Of a stretch of 64,000 bases of DNA, positions 44,953 through 54,925 are shown in pieces. The translations under genes were made by a program, and so were the position numbers. This DNA is from a virus. Positions within the stretch are counted from its first letter, which is position 1. Each line of letters opens with the position of its first letter. The notes beneath the pieces are model-generated. The model did no database searches. It had not been told where the DNA came from and saw nothing but the letters and a program-made list of their open reading frames with translations. The stretch spans positions 49,687 through 113,686 of IMG/VR virus record IMGVR_UViG_3300045988_114464; one strand, 5' to 3'.

Positions 44953-45137
44953 TGTTTCACCTCCGTTCTCCTGTTCCATGCTTCAATTACTTTTTCAACA
45001 GCACTGGTTTTATAGCATTCACTATCCACCAAAATTTTAGAAGAAGCGCGACATTTAGTACAAAGCACTCTTACGCCGTCATTTACAAACAGCCTTGCTT
45101 CTCCACCACAAAAAGGACAAGATTTAAGTTCAATCAT
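44949..45137 (-). CDS. Lar-like restriction alleviation protein
   Basis: LKSCPFCGGEA...VLCTKC...AWNRR fits the Lar family pattern. Confidence 0.5.
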   Translation of the reverse strand: MIELKSCPFCGGEARLFVNDGVRVLCTKCRASSKILVDSECYKTSAVEKVIEAWNRRTEVKQ

Positions 45138-45139
45138 TG

Positions 45140-45334
45140 TTAAATATATCCCCTATTCTTCTTTTTAGCTTCGATGTTTGCCATTACTTCTGATAATTCA
45201 AAAGCGTCTATGCAACAGTTCCAACTATCTGCACCAAACGAACGTAAAATACAGTTCTGGCAACATGATTGTTCTTCGCAGAATGTGCCAATGGTTTCAA
45301 CAGCTTCTAATAATTTTTTATTGCTGATTGCCAT
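45140..45334 (-). CDS. hypothetical protein
   Basis: 64-aa ORF. Confidence 0.45.
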   Translation of the reverse strand: MAISNKKLLEAVETIGTFCEEQSCCQNCILRSFGADSWNCCIDAFELSEVMANIEAKKKNRGYI

Positions 45335-45584
45335 TTTCTTTATCTTCCTTAATCGTTACACGAAGTTCAACTACTCGACCGTCTTTGAGTGTCCACTCCC
45401 ATCCACTTGATGATGCTTTAGAGCAACCAAAACCACCAAGTAGTTCCATTACCATATGGTCACGAACGGCTTGAATTGCTTCTTCAGTAACGTCTGACTT
45501 GTTACGCCACAAGGATTTGTTCTTTGGCTCAAGCGTTCCTGCATAAATACCGAAAGCACCACAGCCAACATGATATTCAGCCAT
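45318..45584 (-). CDS. hypothetical protein
   Basis: 88-aa ORF. Confidence 0.45.
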   Translation of the reverse strand: MAEYHVGCGAFGIYAGTLEPKNKSLWRNKSDVTEEAIQAVRDHMVMELLGGFGCSKASSSGWEWTLKDGRVVELRVTIKEDKENGNQQ

Positions 45585-45855
45585 CTTTTTTACCTCCGCT
45601 CATCTTTGCCCCGCAGTTGGGGCAGTAAGGCTTGTCGTACTCTTGCGAAAAATTTCGACAATGGGTGCATTGCTCTTCATAGTTTCCCGTTTCCAGATTG
45701 AACCGTCCCGCGCCCCATTCTCCATACACTACTGGCACAACGTCAGCAGTAGGAATTTTATCAAGGAAATCTTGAATATCCTGTCTTGTCTTAAAAGCGC
45801 GTCTTGGTAATACTTCTGTTACAGCGTCACATTCAATATCTACATATCGTGCCAT
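45577..45855 (-). CDS. hypothetical zinc-ribbon protein
   Basis: CTHC...CPNCG pairs; RBS aaggagg. Confidence 0.5.
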   Translation of the reverse strand: MARYVDIECDAVTEVLPRRAFKTRQDIQDFLDKIPTADVVPVVYGEWGAGRFNLETGNYEEQCTHCRNFSQEYDKPYCPNCGAKMSGGKKDG

Positions 45856-45903
45856 GCTTTATTCCTCCTTCGGCTCATAACCGTATCTGTAACTTTGTAA
45901 CTC

Positions 45904-45932
45904 CATTGTACCATCATCTTCATTGATTGTCA
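45904..45932 (-). promoter_or_regulatory. sigma-A type promoter
   Basis: On the - strand: TTGACA, 17 nt (ending tgg), TACAAT. The -35 lies inside the last codons of the upstream HNH-like gene. Confidence 0.5.
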
Positions 45933-46585
45933 AGATTTTTTGTAGCTTGTGTATGCTTTATTGGTGTTTCAAAAGCACTCTCTACAGACCATTTAAGGCG
46001 TACTATACGATTATAAATAGCATTATAAGGAAGATTTAACTCTTTGCACCATTGTGATAAGTTTTGGGTAGTTTCTTTGTATACTAACTTATGATTAGTC
46101 TGTCTATTATTTGCTTGCATTGTTCGGTCAGTCCAACGGCAATTATTTGGCTCATAATTTCCATTGTTATCAATACGGTCGATAGTAAGCCCTTCTTGAT
46201 AGCCATTTTTTATAGACCATCTATAAAACATTTCAAATGAATTGAGCCAATCGTCACAGATTGTAATTCCTCTGCCACCATATCTATTATAATTTTCAGC
46301 GTTGGGATTGTAACATCTTGCCTTCATTGTTTTCCACACACCATAAATTTTATCGTACCTATGTCCGTGTTTGGTATGAACTTTAGCAGTAATTTCACTG
46401 TGTAAACATCCACAACTTTTTGTATTATCGCTTCGCAAGTTACCTGCTTTAACTATAAGATGTGTGTGATTTTCACAAGAACATTCACATTCCCATAGAT
46501 ATTGTCGGTCTGTGCTTTTCCCAGCAAAACGAATGACTTTCAACCGCCCAAAAGTTTGCCCCGTTAAATCATATCTTTGTTGCAT
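45920..46585 (-). CDS. free-standing HNH-like homing endonuclease (paralog family of three)
   Basis: LTGQTFGRLKVI...WECECSC...SCGC; LTIDRIDNNGNYEPNNCRWTDRTMQANN. Confidence 0.65.
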   Translation of the reverse strand: MQQRYDLTGQTFGRLKVIRFAGKSTDRQYLWECECSCENHTHLIVKAGNLRSDNTKSCGCLHSEITAKVHTKHGHRYDKIYGVWKTMKARCYNPNAENYNRYGGRGITICDDWLNSFEMFYRWSIKNGYQEGLTIDRIDNNGNYEPNNCRWTDRTMQANNRQTNHKLVYKETTQNLSQWCKELNLPYNAIYNRIVRLKWSVESAFETPIKHTQATKNLDNQ

Positions 46586-46691
46586 AATAATACCTCTTAT
46601 CTAAATATTATTGGAATAAGGGAGTATTGAGATAAGCAATACTCCCTTTACAAAGAAGTTATGCGCTTAACTTCTTTTATTCCTATTTTTA

Positions 46692-46720
46692 ATTATATCA
46701 CATTTTTATCAAGAAGTCAA
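46692..46720 (-). promoter_or_regulatory. sigma-A type promoter for the HNH-like gene, followed by a two-hairpin leader
   Basis: On the - strand: TTGACT, 17 nt (ending TGa), TATAAT. 9-bp and 12-bp hairpins at 46653-46676 and 46618-46648. Confidence 0.55.
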
Positions 46721-49242
46721 TTATTTTTTTCTTGGTTTTCACCATATCTTTGAAATTGAATCTCAATTTCGCCATTTTTTCTAACTTCAGTAATTAAATT
46801 TATTGGATAAGGAAAGATAGAATTTTTATAGGTCTTAACAACAAAAGTATCATCTCTACGGTAGCCTGTTAAAATTAACAAACATCCTCTGCCAAACCAT
46901 GATTTATCTACAATTATTCTTTCTCCATTTTTTTCGACAGAAATTTGCGCTTTATACTTAGCAAATTCAAGTCCATTAAATTTTATTTGTACTACATTAT
47001 TATTGGTGTCCAATATAGTAATACTATGATGAGCGTCATTACGCGCTATTACTGTTCCCATAATTCGACTAAGCTGATACTGTCGCCATTCACGCTTGCC
47101 GTACTTTTTAGTAACAAACATTGGCTCAGTAGGCAACTTATCAAATGTAGTAACATTGTATCTATCAGCGTCAATGCAAGCTAATTCATGCTCATTAGAG
47201 TAATAGGACAGTGCTTCAAAACTCCAATGATTAACGTTCATGTTAGGCAACTTATCACGCATACGAGCCTTGATAGATTGTTCGTTATACATTTTTAGGA
47301 ACTCTGGCTGGTTAATATAAGCCTTTAGTTCTTCAGTGACGTTCTTGAATAGCTTCTCAAGCGACTTATCTACAACAAGCGTTCTGCCTTCCTCATCATA
47401 CCACCAATCTACATTTTCTTCAAGTTGACTACGGCACATTGAATCGAAGAAAACTAATGCTCGTTCGTCAAGCCAATAGATTTTCTTTGACTTGAATTTA
47501 GGATGTGTACCATAGAGGAATTGCTTTGAACACATGTATTTTTTGAAAGCAAGTGGCATGGTAAGGGTGTTGGGTAGCTTACAGCCAATGCGTTGTAATT
47601 CAGCTAAATTAGCAGTGGTAAGTGTTTGTTTGCGAGGGGTAGAAAGGGCGAAATACGCTTGCATGACACGCATACGGTCAGGACAGAACTCATCAAAACA
47701 GCCAGCCTTAATTAGTTGGATAAACTTAGATGGTGTGATAAGTGTACCTTGGTATGAGTTGCGCGTATAGAAGTCGCGGAAAGAAGTGTAGGGGCGGTTT
47801 GCGATAATTTGTTGAGCAATTTCTGCGTTAATGGATGAAATACCGCCTAAACCGAAAAGAATGGTGTTATCTTTTTCTCTTGGCGTGAAGTCCATATCTG
47901 AACCATTAGCAGAAGGAGCACTAACATAGATATTAGATTGACGCATTTTATAGATGGCTTTAGCAATCTCTGAATAATCTGTACTGCCCTTGCGTTCGAC
48001 CTCTGATTCAACACCAGATGCTTCGGTGGATAGACACGCGCAATTCCAATATACACGAGGATAGAAATAATTAAGATTAAGTTCTTGTAGAGCAATAATT
48101 GAATAAGAATAGGAATGTAATTGGGAGAAGGAATATCCCATACTTGCCGCAAATACAACATTCCAAATATAATCAAGGAATACTTCTCGCGTACCAATTT
48201 TACGTCCATATTCAAAAAATTGTTGCTTTGCTTCTTCTTGTAGCTTTGCTGACTTCTTTGCGATGGATTTACGAAGTTTGTTGCTTTCTTTCAAAGTATA
48301 ACCAGCTACACGCTTATCCATAGACAAACGCATAACTTTTTCCTGTGAATCTGCAAGACCATAAGCGTCTGAAAGATATTCCCACAGAACTGCGCGTTCT
48401 TCGTCATTTAGTCCAAAGCTAATAGTGTCTTGTACCCATGCTTCGTGACTGTTTTTATAACGAATATAACGGTCAATAGGTGTTTCGTCTGCATTATCTG
48501 GTTGTAATCGCAATAGGCTATTAGCCGCAGACAAATCCATTACTGAGCGAGGTTTAGTTGCAGACAACGCTTTAGCCGAAATCGGAGTATCAAATTGAAA
48601 GACAGAATAAATAGATGGTAGAATATCCCACATTTTAGTATCATTGTATTCCAATACATCAGGATGTAGCCACTTGTAATATGTTGCTTTAAGTGAGCCT
48701 TCCCATGTAATTTTGCCGTTTGCTAACAGATAGTCCATTGTTTTATGAATCTTATCTGCCGCAGAAACCGATAGCATATCCATCTTAACCAGACTTGCGG
48801 CTTCGCTATCCCATAGGTCATAACAGGTGCTTAATGCTCCATCAGGCGAACGAATAGCAGAAACGTAATTAACATAAGGCTCGTTACAGAGCGTTACTCC
48901 TGCGGCGTGACGACCTCGATTAGTAATCAATCCTTCAAGACCAAGAGCGGATTCTTTAAGTCCTTCATATTTAGCCATTTCATTGACCATTTCAGTAATA
49001 GGTCGTTCTCCAAGCAAACATTCCTTTAGACTTGCTACTTTACCACGGTTGACAGGAACAAGAGATTTAAGATAACCAGCGGTATCATTTCCAATACCCA
49101 GTCCTTTACAAGCGCGTTCAATAGCTGTTTTTGCAGAAATCTTAGAAAAAGTAGTTACATTAAGAACCTTATCTTCTCCAAAGAACTCTTTCATTTTATT
49201 GACGATTGCTTTCTTTTTGGATGCTTCAGAATCGTTATCAAT
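46717..49242 (-). CDS. dnaE: DNA polymerase III alpha-type (C-family) polymerase, exon 2
   Basis: Begins IDNDSEA, completing the PD-IDND catalytic Asp motif. Long polymerase body. No RBS of its own. Confidence 0.85.
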   Translation of the reverse strand: MDNDSEASKKKAIVNKMKEFFGEDKVLNVTTFSKISAKTAIERACKGLGIGNDTAGYLKSLVPVNRGKVASLKECLLGERPITEMVNEMAKYEGLKESALGLEGLITNRGRHAAGVTLCNEPYVNYVSAIRSPDGALSTCYDLWDSEAASLVKMDMLSVSAADKIHKTMDYLLANGKITWEGSLKATYYKWLHPDVLEYNDTKMWDILPSIYSVFQFDTPISAKALSATKPRSVMDLSAANSLLRLQPDNADETPIDRYIRYKNSHEAWVQDTISFGLNDEERAVLWEYLSDAYGLADSQEKVMRLSMDKRVAGYTLKESNKLRKSIAKKSAKLQEEAKQQFFEYGRKIGTREVFLDYIWNVVFAASMGYSFSQLHSYSYSIIALQELNLNYFYPRVYWNCACLSTEASGVESEVERKGSTDYSEIAKAIYKMRQSNIYVSAPSANGSDMDFTPREKDNTILFGLGGISSINAEIAQQIIANRPYTSFRDFYTRNSYQGTLITPSKFIQLIKAGCFDEFCPDRMRVMQAYFALSTPRKQTLTTANLAELQRIGCKLPNTLTMPLAFKKYMCSKQFLYGTHPKFKSKKIYWLDERALVFFDSMCRSQLEENVDWWYDEEGRTLVVDKSLEKLFKNVTEELKAYINQPEFLKMYNEQSIKARMRDKLPNMNVNHWSFEALSYYSNEHELACIDADRYNVTTFDKLPTEPMFVTKKYGKREWRQYQLSRIMGTVIARNDAHHSITILDTNNNVVQIKFNGLEFAKYKAQISVEKNGERIIVDKSWFGRGCLLILTGYRRDDTFVVKTYKNSIFPYPINLITEVRKNGEIEIQFQRYGENQEKNN

Positions 49243-50111
49243 CAATTATACCGTTGGTTATTTATTCCCAATACTTTAACACTGATTTAACAGTCGGTTT
49301 AGACTATATCTTCATCTCTATTTAAGAGAGGATGGCGCTGGATAAGGGGAGTTTCACCCCTTACCGCTTAGTCGTTGCAGATTTCTTTATCCATTTGTTT
49401 AGTCCAAACATTAAGAGTATAATTCTTTGTTCTCCGATATTTAACTAAACTCGTATATGAAATACAAGGGTTGTATTTCTGAAGAAAATCGCGTAGTTCT
49501 GTGCCACCTACTAATATAGGCGATACTACTTCTCCGTCTTTTAATACTTGATAATGTTTATAATTGCGTAAAGCGTTTATTCCACTATCTGTATAACTTT
49601 GATGGATATTTTCTTCTTGAGTAATCCATTTAAGATTAAGTATAATGATTATTATAAATATTGGCATCTTTGTGTCCCACAACAGCACCTTCAAACCAAC
49701 CGTTTATAAAATGCAAAGCAACCAATCTATGAATTAAACAATGTTTATATATTCCGTCATTTCGCTTCAGAGTAACACAAAGATAAGCACTTGTTGAACC
49801 ACAATAAGGGGACAATTTTCTCCATTTGTTTCCCATGCGTTTTGACATAACAGTTCCGTTATCTCCGATAGCGTAGCCATCATAATTTTTAATAGCTACA
49901 AATCGTTCACCGTTAATCGTAAAAAGTGTTTCCATCAGTTTCACCTCCTTTGTATTAAAATGTTTGGATAAAGACTTTCCACAGTATTGCCATGTTGCCG
50001 ATTCTAAACAACAAGGTTTCCACTGTTAGCACCTTGTAAAGGCACACCCTGTATGTACAGGTTCACCATCTTGTTTTCTATGCGTCACCGCATAGCCAGA
50101 CTATGTTGTTA
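49243..50111 (-). mobile_element. group I intron in the DNA polymerase gene
   Basis: P1 is CCAGAU paired with GUCUGG (11-16 nt into the intron), with a U.G pair. The 3' core is GAAGATATAGTC. Omega-G at 49243. Splicing restores ELPD-IDND. Confidence 0.85.
49368..49935 (-). pseudogene. intron-encoded HNH homing endonuclease, frameshifted
   Basis: RBS aaggagg before ATG 49935. ...VVGHKDANIYNNHY ends at a stop, and the motif continues as LNLKWITQEEN in the +1 frame (ORFs 49636-49944 and 49368-49694). Confidence 0.7.
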
Positions 50112-51563
50112 ATCTGGAAGTTCCACACCTCTCATGTGATTTAAGTGTCGCCAAGACGGCATATAATCACCAAGGGGAAGAGGGTCAATTTGAGTAATTG
50201 AAAGCAAATAGCAAGTTTCAAAGCCAGCCGCAGAACCACGGGCGGGCATTGACAAACTACCAGCGTCCCAAATCAGTTCGATAATTTCTGTCATCGTACT
50301 GTAATAAGACGGCATGGAAGTATGAAGCTGGTCACTGATAATTTTAAGTTCTTTCCATTCTTCGTTTAAGCGTTGAATGTAAGGTTCTACTTCCTTTCCA
50401 CGATTTAGCACCTTATCAATCAAACCTTGTTCAGCTTGATAGAAAAAATATCGTTCATGGATAGGGCGGTCAGCACTTGCATAATAACCAAAGTATTCAT
50501 ATTTATCATAATATTCTTTGAATTTATGTCGAGTATGAAAAATCTTTGGTAGTTTGTCTAATGGAATTTGAGGGATAATAGGGTCATGTAGAATGTTATA
50601 TTCTTGTACTCTATCAGCAATCTCATCGCTCCAAGCAAACATCTTATCAATTTGCTCATTAGTAAAGTCAATAAGTAGATATTCACGCAATTCTTGTTCG
50701 CTCATGCAATATGCCGTTGCATAAAATGAGTCTACTTCTCTATCGCCTTCTTGCGAAAGCAAATAGGTCTTGTGAATAACCGCATCTTCTTTTCTAAGAT
50801 AATGTGCGTCAGTTGTGGCGATAATAGGAATATTTGTCTTTTCATGCAGTTTCCACAACAAACGATTAACCTTGCTTTGGTCTGTATCGGCTTCACTTGC
50901 TGGCTGTACTTCAAGATAAAAATTACCTTTGCCAAAGATATACTGAAAATAATTGGCTTCTTCTACCGCTTGTTGAAAAGAACCTTGTAAAAGAAGTTTG
51001 TCAATTACCGAGCCTAAACAAGCTGAACTTGCTATTACATGACCACGATTACCACCAATCACTTCTTTAAGGTCGGTATAATACGTTGGTCTACGATAAA
51101 TTTTACCTTGTTTCCATGCTCTTATCCATGCTCTTGTAGACAATTCACGCAGTTGCTTATGACCTTCAGTATCAAGAGCAAGAAGAATAAAGTGATAATA
51201 CGGTGTAGAGTTTGGCGTTTCGCGGTTAAGCAAATCATCTTCTTCTCTAACAGCGTAAATCTCATTACCTAAACCAAGAGTAAATGGTCTATCTTTCTCC
51301 ATAGACTGCCATTTCTTCAAGGCTTGAATATGGCTACTGATACCTTCGTGTTCAGTAATACTGATACCACGCAAGCCAATATCATAAGCGTATTGAATCA
51401 AGTCTGGCAATCTATTTACTACATCAGGGAATCCAAGCATTGCATTGCTGTATTCCGAGTGCGTGTGATTATTGTACACTTCTAACCCCTCCTTAAAACA
51501 AAAATGGGAATAGCTTTTAACTACTCCCATTCTATCACATATCTGTTCACTTGTCAAGCTCAA
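50112..51563 (-). CDS. dnaE: DNA polymerase III alpha-type polymerase, exon 1 (PHP domain)
   Basis: PHP motifs NHTHSEYS, ITEHEG, ATTDAHY. Ends ...GVELPD at the 5' splice site. Confidence 0.85.
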
Positions 51564-51750
51564 ATCTAATATACGGATACTCTTTTATAGCGATTACTCG
51601 TGCATTGTCTATTTCCATAGCGTTCAAAAAATTATTGATTGAAAGTACAATATTTCCATTATCTTTCAACTCGTTGGACTTGTTATCTAATGCAATACAC
51701 CTTGCAAGCATCACAACCAATCTTTCAAACTGAAAATTTGTCATTAACAT
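51547..51750 (-). CDS. hypothetical protein
   Basis: 67-aa ORF. Confidence 0.45.
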   Translation of the reverse strand: MLMTNFQFERLVVMLARCIALDNKSNELKDNGNIVLSINNFLNAMEIDNARVIAIKEYPYIRFELDK

Positions 51751-51755
51751 TTTAA

Positions 51756-52151
51756 TTACTCCTTGTCAAGAAGTTCTAACGTCATTTTTCTAAGTTTTCT
51801 GAGTTCGTCACCGCAAGCGTTCAACTGACAAAAAGCACTGTCAATTTTACGAGCAACTTTTTCATACTGCTCCAATATTGCACCCTTGTCTGGATTCAAT
51901 ACATTCTCTCCAATCTTATCAAAAGTTTTGTTGAGATTATCAATTTGTCCCACCCACGCATAATCGGTATACGCATAAATGGTTTCAGAATCACTTTTAT
52001 TTGTAACATTAACAGAATCAAAATCAAGAGGTTGTAAATCAAGCCGAATTTCTCCGAGGGTTCTATAAGTGTAATAAAAATTTATAATTCTATATCTAAC
52101 GCCTTCTTTGGTAATGGCAATATCACCAACGTGAATATCATTAAAGTTCAT
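51756..52151 (-). CDS. hypothetical protein with small beta-barrel-like N-terminus
   Basis: 131 aa; ATGA overlap with the upstream gene. Confidence 0.5.
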   Translation of the reverse strand: MNFNDIHVGDIAITKEGVRYRIINFYYTYRTLGEIRLDLQPLDFDSVNVTNKSDSETIYAYTDYAWVGQIDNLNKTFDKIGENVLNPDKGAILEQYEKVARKIDSAFCQLNACGDELRKLRKMTLELLDKE

Positions 52152-52483
52152 AGCATATTAACCTCCATTTCATCAAGTCTATATCTAAGTGCTCTAACTT
52201 CCTTAGTCAACTTAGCAATCTGTTCTATCAAAGCCTTAAAATCGCTCATACTAACTGTTTGCAAATTCTCGCCACCAATAGATTCAAAATATTTATACAT
52301 ATCTTTTTCAAGACCATGATATTCAATGTACTTTTTGGTAAAATCACCAAAATTACCAGTATCATCTGGCTTAATGCGAAGGTCATACCACACTTCGCCG
52401 TTATGACTCCTCATTTCAACCTTGGTAATAACACCAGTTGTACCTTGTAGGGTTTTAATTCCCCAGCCTTCACGAATATTCAT
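52148..52483 (-). CDS. hypothetical protein
   Basis: RBS ggaggg before ATG 52483; ATGA overlap with the upstream stop. Confidence 0.5.
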   Translation of the reverse strand: MNIREGWGIKTLQGTTGVITKVEMRSHNGEVWYDLRIKPDDTGNFGDFTKKYIEYHGLEKDMYKYFESIGGENLQTVSMSDFKALIEQIAKLTKEVRALRYRLDEMEVNML

Positions 52484-52752
52484 TGAATACACCCTCCACA
52501 ACATCCACGCGGTACATTCTCATTCACGACCTTGAGAATTTCATCCCTGTACTGCTCAAGGCTTTCGGGCAAGCCACAAAGTCGCCAATCGCCAGTTTCA
52601 ATGTACTCATTCCGTTCTTCATCAAATCCACACTTACCGCCAGACCGCAAGCAGGGTGCTTCAAGAGTAAATTCTTCCCCATTCACTCTAATAATCAGTG
52701 TACCACTGCACAAGTTCGGAAACTTACCATTATACGATACAAATTCTACCAC
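52480..52752 (-). CDS. Cys-rich small protein
   Basis: 90 aa ending in CCGGC. Confidence 0.5.
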   Translation of the reverse strand: MVEFVSYNGKFPNLCSGTLIIRVNGEEFTLEAPCLRSGGKCGFDEERNEYIETGDWRLCGLPESLEQYRDEILKVVNENVPRGCCGGCIQ

Positions 52753-52754
52753 GA

Positions 52755-53624
52755 TTATACCTCCAACAGCTTATGTGTTAACGTCCAATTATAACGTCTT
52801 ACTTCAGCACACTTCTTGTTATATTCTTCTCGCGCTTTCTTGCTACGAGCATAATTGTCTGGATATTTAGGTCTGTCCATCAGCATTTTCTTATTACAGC
52901 ACTCGCTATCTACATATACCTTGCTGTCACGAACCCACAGTTCCTTATCAGCAATGTTATCTACCTCTTTGAAAGCGTCCAGATACTTCTTTCTATCTAT
53001 TGCACTAAAGCCTTTGCGCTTCAAATAATAGCACGCTTCGCACACAGAATATTCTTCATCGGACAGTGCCAACCTTTGTTCAGCACAAAACTGCCTATAA
53101 GCAATATACTTTTCACACGCTTCATAGGTAGAGAACATCTCGTTCTCATGGCATTTAATGCTATCAGCAAGGCTCTTGCCAAAGAATCCAGTATCATGTG
53201 CTTGAAACTTCTCAGTAAGGATATAACCATTACCGTCCTTTTTAACGTCATGGTCAACATAGAATACATTCTTATAAGAAATTGGCACAAGCCAACCTTT
53301 AACAAGATACTGATATACAGCTTCTTCGTCACGCCAATAAATGACAATTTTCATGCTCTCAGGATAAGCCCAATGCTCTTCACGCTCGTAAGGACAATGC
53401 GACTTATAGGTAAATTCCTTTGCACTGATTTTACAAGATACCTGTCCAATTTCATACCAAGGCTTGCCATTGATATAGGTTTCAATGTTAGGCACGATAC
53501 GCTTTAGACCTTCGTCAGTTAAATAAACGCACATTGGGTGGACATTGCCGCAAACATAGTTAAAATCCATTGCGTTATCACAAATATTAGGGATATAATA
53601 GATGTTCTTTTTTACGATTTCCAT
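52755..53624 (-). CDS. hypothetical protein
   Basis: RBS aaggagag before ATG 53624; about 289 aa, Cys-rich. Confidence 0.55.
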   Translation of the reverse strand: MEIVKKNIYYIPNICDNAMDFNYVCGNVHPMCVYLTDEGLKRIVPNIETYINGKPWYEIGQVSCKISAKEFTYKSHCPYEREEHWAYPESMKIVIYWRDEEAVYQYLVKGWLVPISYKNVFYVDHDVKKDGNGYILTEKFQAHDTGFFGKSLADSIKCHENEMFSTYEACEKYIAYRQFCAEQRLALSDEEYSVCEACYYLKRKGFSAIDRKKYLDAFKEVDNIADKELWVRDSKVYVDSECCNKKMLMDRPKYPDNYARSKKAREEYNKKCAEVRRYNWTLTHKLLEV

Positions 53625-53648
53625 AGTTTTCACTCTCCTTATGTGACT

Positions 53649-53677
53649 ATTGTATCACATCTCTAAAGAACCGTCAA
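53649..53677 (-). promoter_or_regulatory. sigma-A type promoter
   Basis: On the - strand: TTGACG, 17 nt (ending TGa), TACAAT. Confidence 0.55.
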
Positions 53678-53864
53678 CATAAATTTCTAAAATGTTAATA
53701 TCAAAAGCGATAGATTTTACACCATACTGACAATAATTGCATCTACCTATTTCTTTTTGAAACTCATATACAAGCCCTGAAAATACACATTTATTGTTTT
53801 CTTCAAAAACTTCAATATAGGTATCACCAGCGATTTTTCTTATCAATTCATATAAGGTGAACAT
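53655..53864 (-). CDS. hypothetical protein (tandem paralog b)
   Basis: ATG 53864 is preceded by TGAAGAAAGGATTGgttggt, the same initiation region as the neighbouring gene. Confidence 0.5.
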   Translation of the reverse strand: MFTLYELIRKIAGDTYIEVFEENNKCVFSGLVYEFQKEIGRCNYCQYGVKSIAFDINILEIYVDGSLEM

Positions 53865-53887
53865 ACCAACCAATCCTTTCTTCAAAA

Positions 53888-54091
53888 TTATTCTTCCACA
53901 ACAATTTCAAAATAATTCTTTTCTCTGTTAAAATTAAGTGAGCAGACTTCTTCGCCTTTAACATATTCCTTACCAATCCAGTAAAATTCTTCAACATTAC
54001 CAATATATAAAGGCACGTTTGGCTTCTCTCTGTTAATAATTACAATATTTGCAAACGCAGGTAATACAAATATCAACTCTAACAATTTCAC
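53888..54091 (-). CDS. hypothetical protein (tandem paralog a)
   Basis: GTG 54091 is preceded by TGAAGAAAGGATTGattgaa. The longer ORF in the track overlaps the deaminase gene. Confidence 0.45.
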   Translation of the reverse strand: MKLLELIFVLPAFANIVIINREKPNVPLYIGNVEEFYWIGKEYVKGEEVCSLNFNREKNYFEIVVEE

Positions 54092-54092
54092 T

Positions 54093-54503
54093 TCAATCAA
54101 TCCTTTCTTCAGCCGTGCCAAAGTCAGTAGTATACACCACTCTTTTAACACCCAAACTCTTAATCATCTTCATGCATCCAGCACACGGTCTTGCCATGCC
54201 ATTCTCGCCATCACATTTTCTCTTACGAGCAATGTATACCGTTACTTTAGACCACTCAATTTCTTCGTTAAGTAGTGGGGCGAGTGCGTGTATCTCTGCG
54301 TGAAGATAATGCGGTTTATCATCTTCTGGGAAACGCTCTCTATTATATTTCTTCTGCAAGGGATGGGTCTTGCAAGTATTGAACGCTGTGTTAAGCACTG
54401 TGTTCTTCTGCGCTACTACACAGCCCATATGGTATCTGCCATAGTCACTGCAATCAGCAATAGACAAGGCATGAGCCAGCATTTTTTTATCGTTCTTGTT
54501 CAT
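54093..54503 (-). CDS. deoxycytidylate (dCMP) deaminase
   Basis: Zinc motifs HAEIHAL and PCAGCMKMI. Confidence 0.85.
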   Translation of the reverse strand: MNKNDKKMLAHALSIADCSDYGRYHMGCVVAQKNTVLNTAFNTCKTHPLQKKYNRERFPEDDKPHYLHAEIHALAPLLNEEIEWSKVTVYIARKRKCDGENGMARPCAGCMKMIKSLGVKRVVYTTDFGTAEERID

Positions 54504-54688
54504 AAAAATAACCACTTAATTATACTACACCAATAAAAAATCCAGAGAATGATGATAGATAAAGAAGCAAAGATAATAATGCTCCAACTTCTGTAATGAT
54601 AATATTTCCATTCATCAATAATTAACCACATTGCATTTACAGTCATAAAAATCATCGCAAATAAAGGGAAAGCAAAAAGAACAAACAT
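54500..54688 (-). CDS. small membrane protein
   Basis: 62 aa with two hydrophobic segments; RBS gaggtga. Confidence 0.5.
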   Translation of the reverse strand: MFVLFAFPLFAMIFMTVNAMWLIIDEWKYYHYRSWSIIIFASLSIIILWIFYWCSIIKWLFL

Positions 54689-54707
54689 TTATAATTTCAC
54701 CTCACAA

Positions 54708-54923
54708 TTAGCACACAAAAAGGATAACCCATGCAACCATGCACAGCAGAACAATATACCATTCAATCCAGTTCCCCCAGAACAGTACAGGTGTTTGATG
54801 CTTTCTAAGCCAATACTTCATATCTTTCCATACATTGTATGAACTCAGACAGAAAGCAAGCAAAAGAATTGGAACAACAGCCCAACGAATAAACTCTACA
54901 AAAACCTTATCATTACCCATCAT
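54708..54923 (-). CDS. small membrane protein
   Basis: RBS gggag before ATG 54923; two hydrophobic segments. Confidence 0.5.
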   Translation of the reverse strand: MMGNDKVFVEFIRWAVVPILLLAFCLSSYNVWKDMKYWLRKHQTPVLFWGNWIEWYIVLLCMVAWVILFVC

Positions 54924-54925
54924 TA

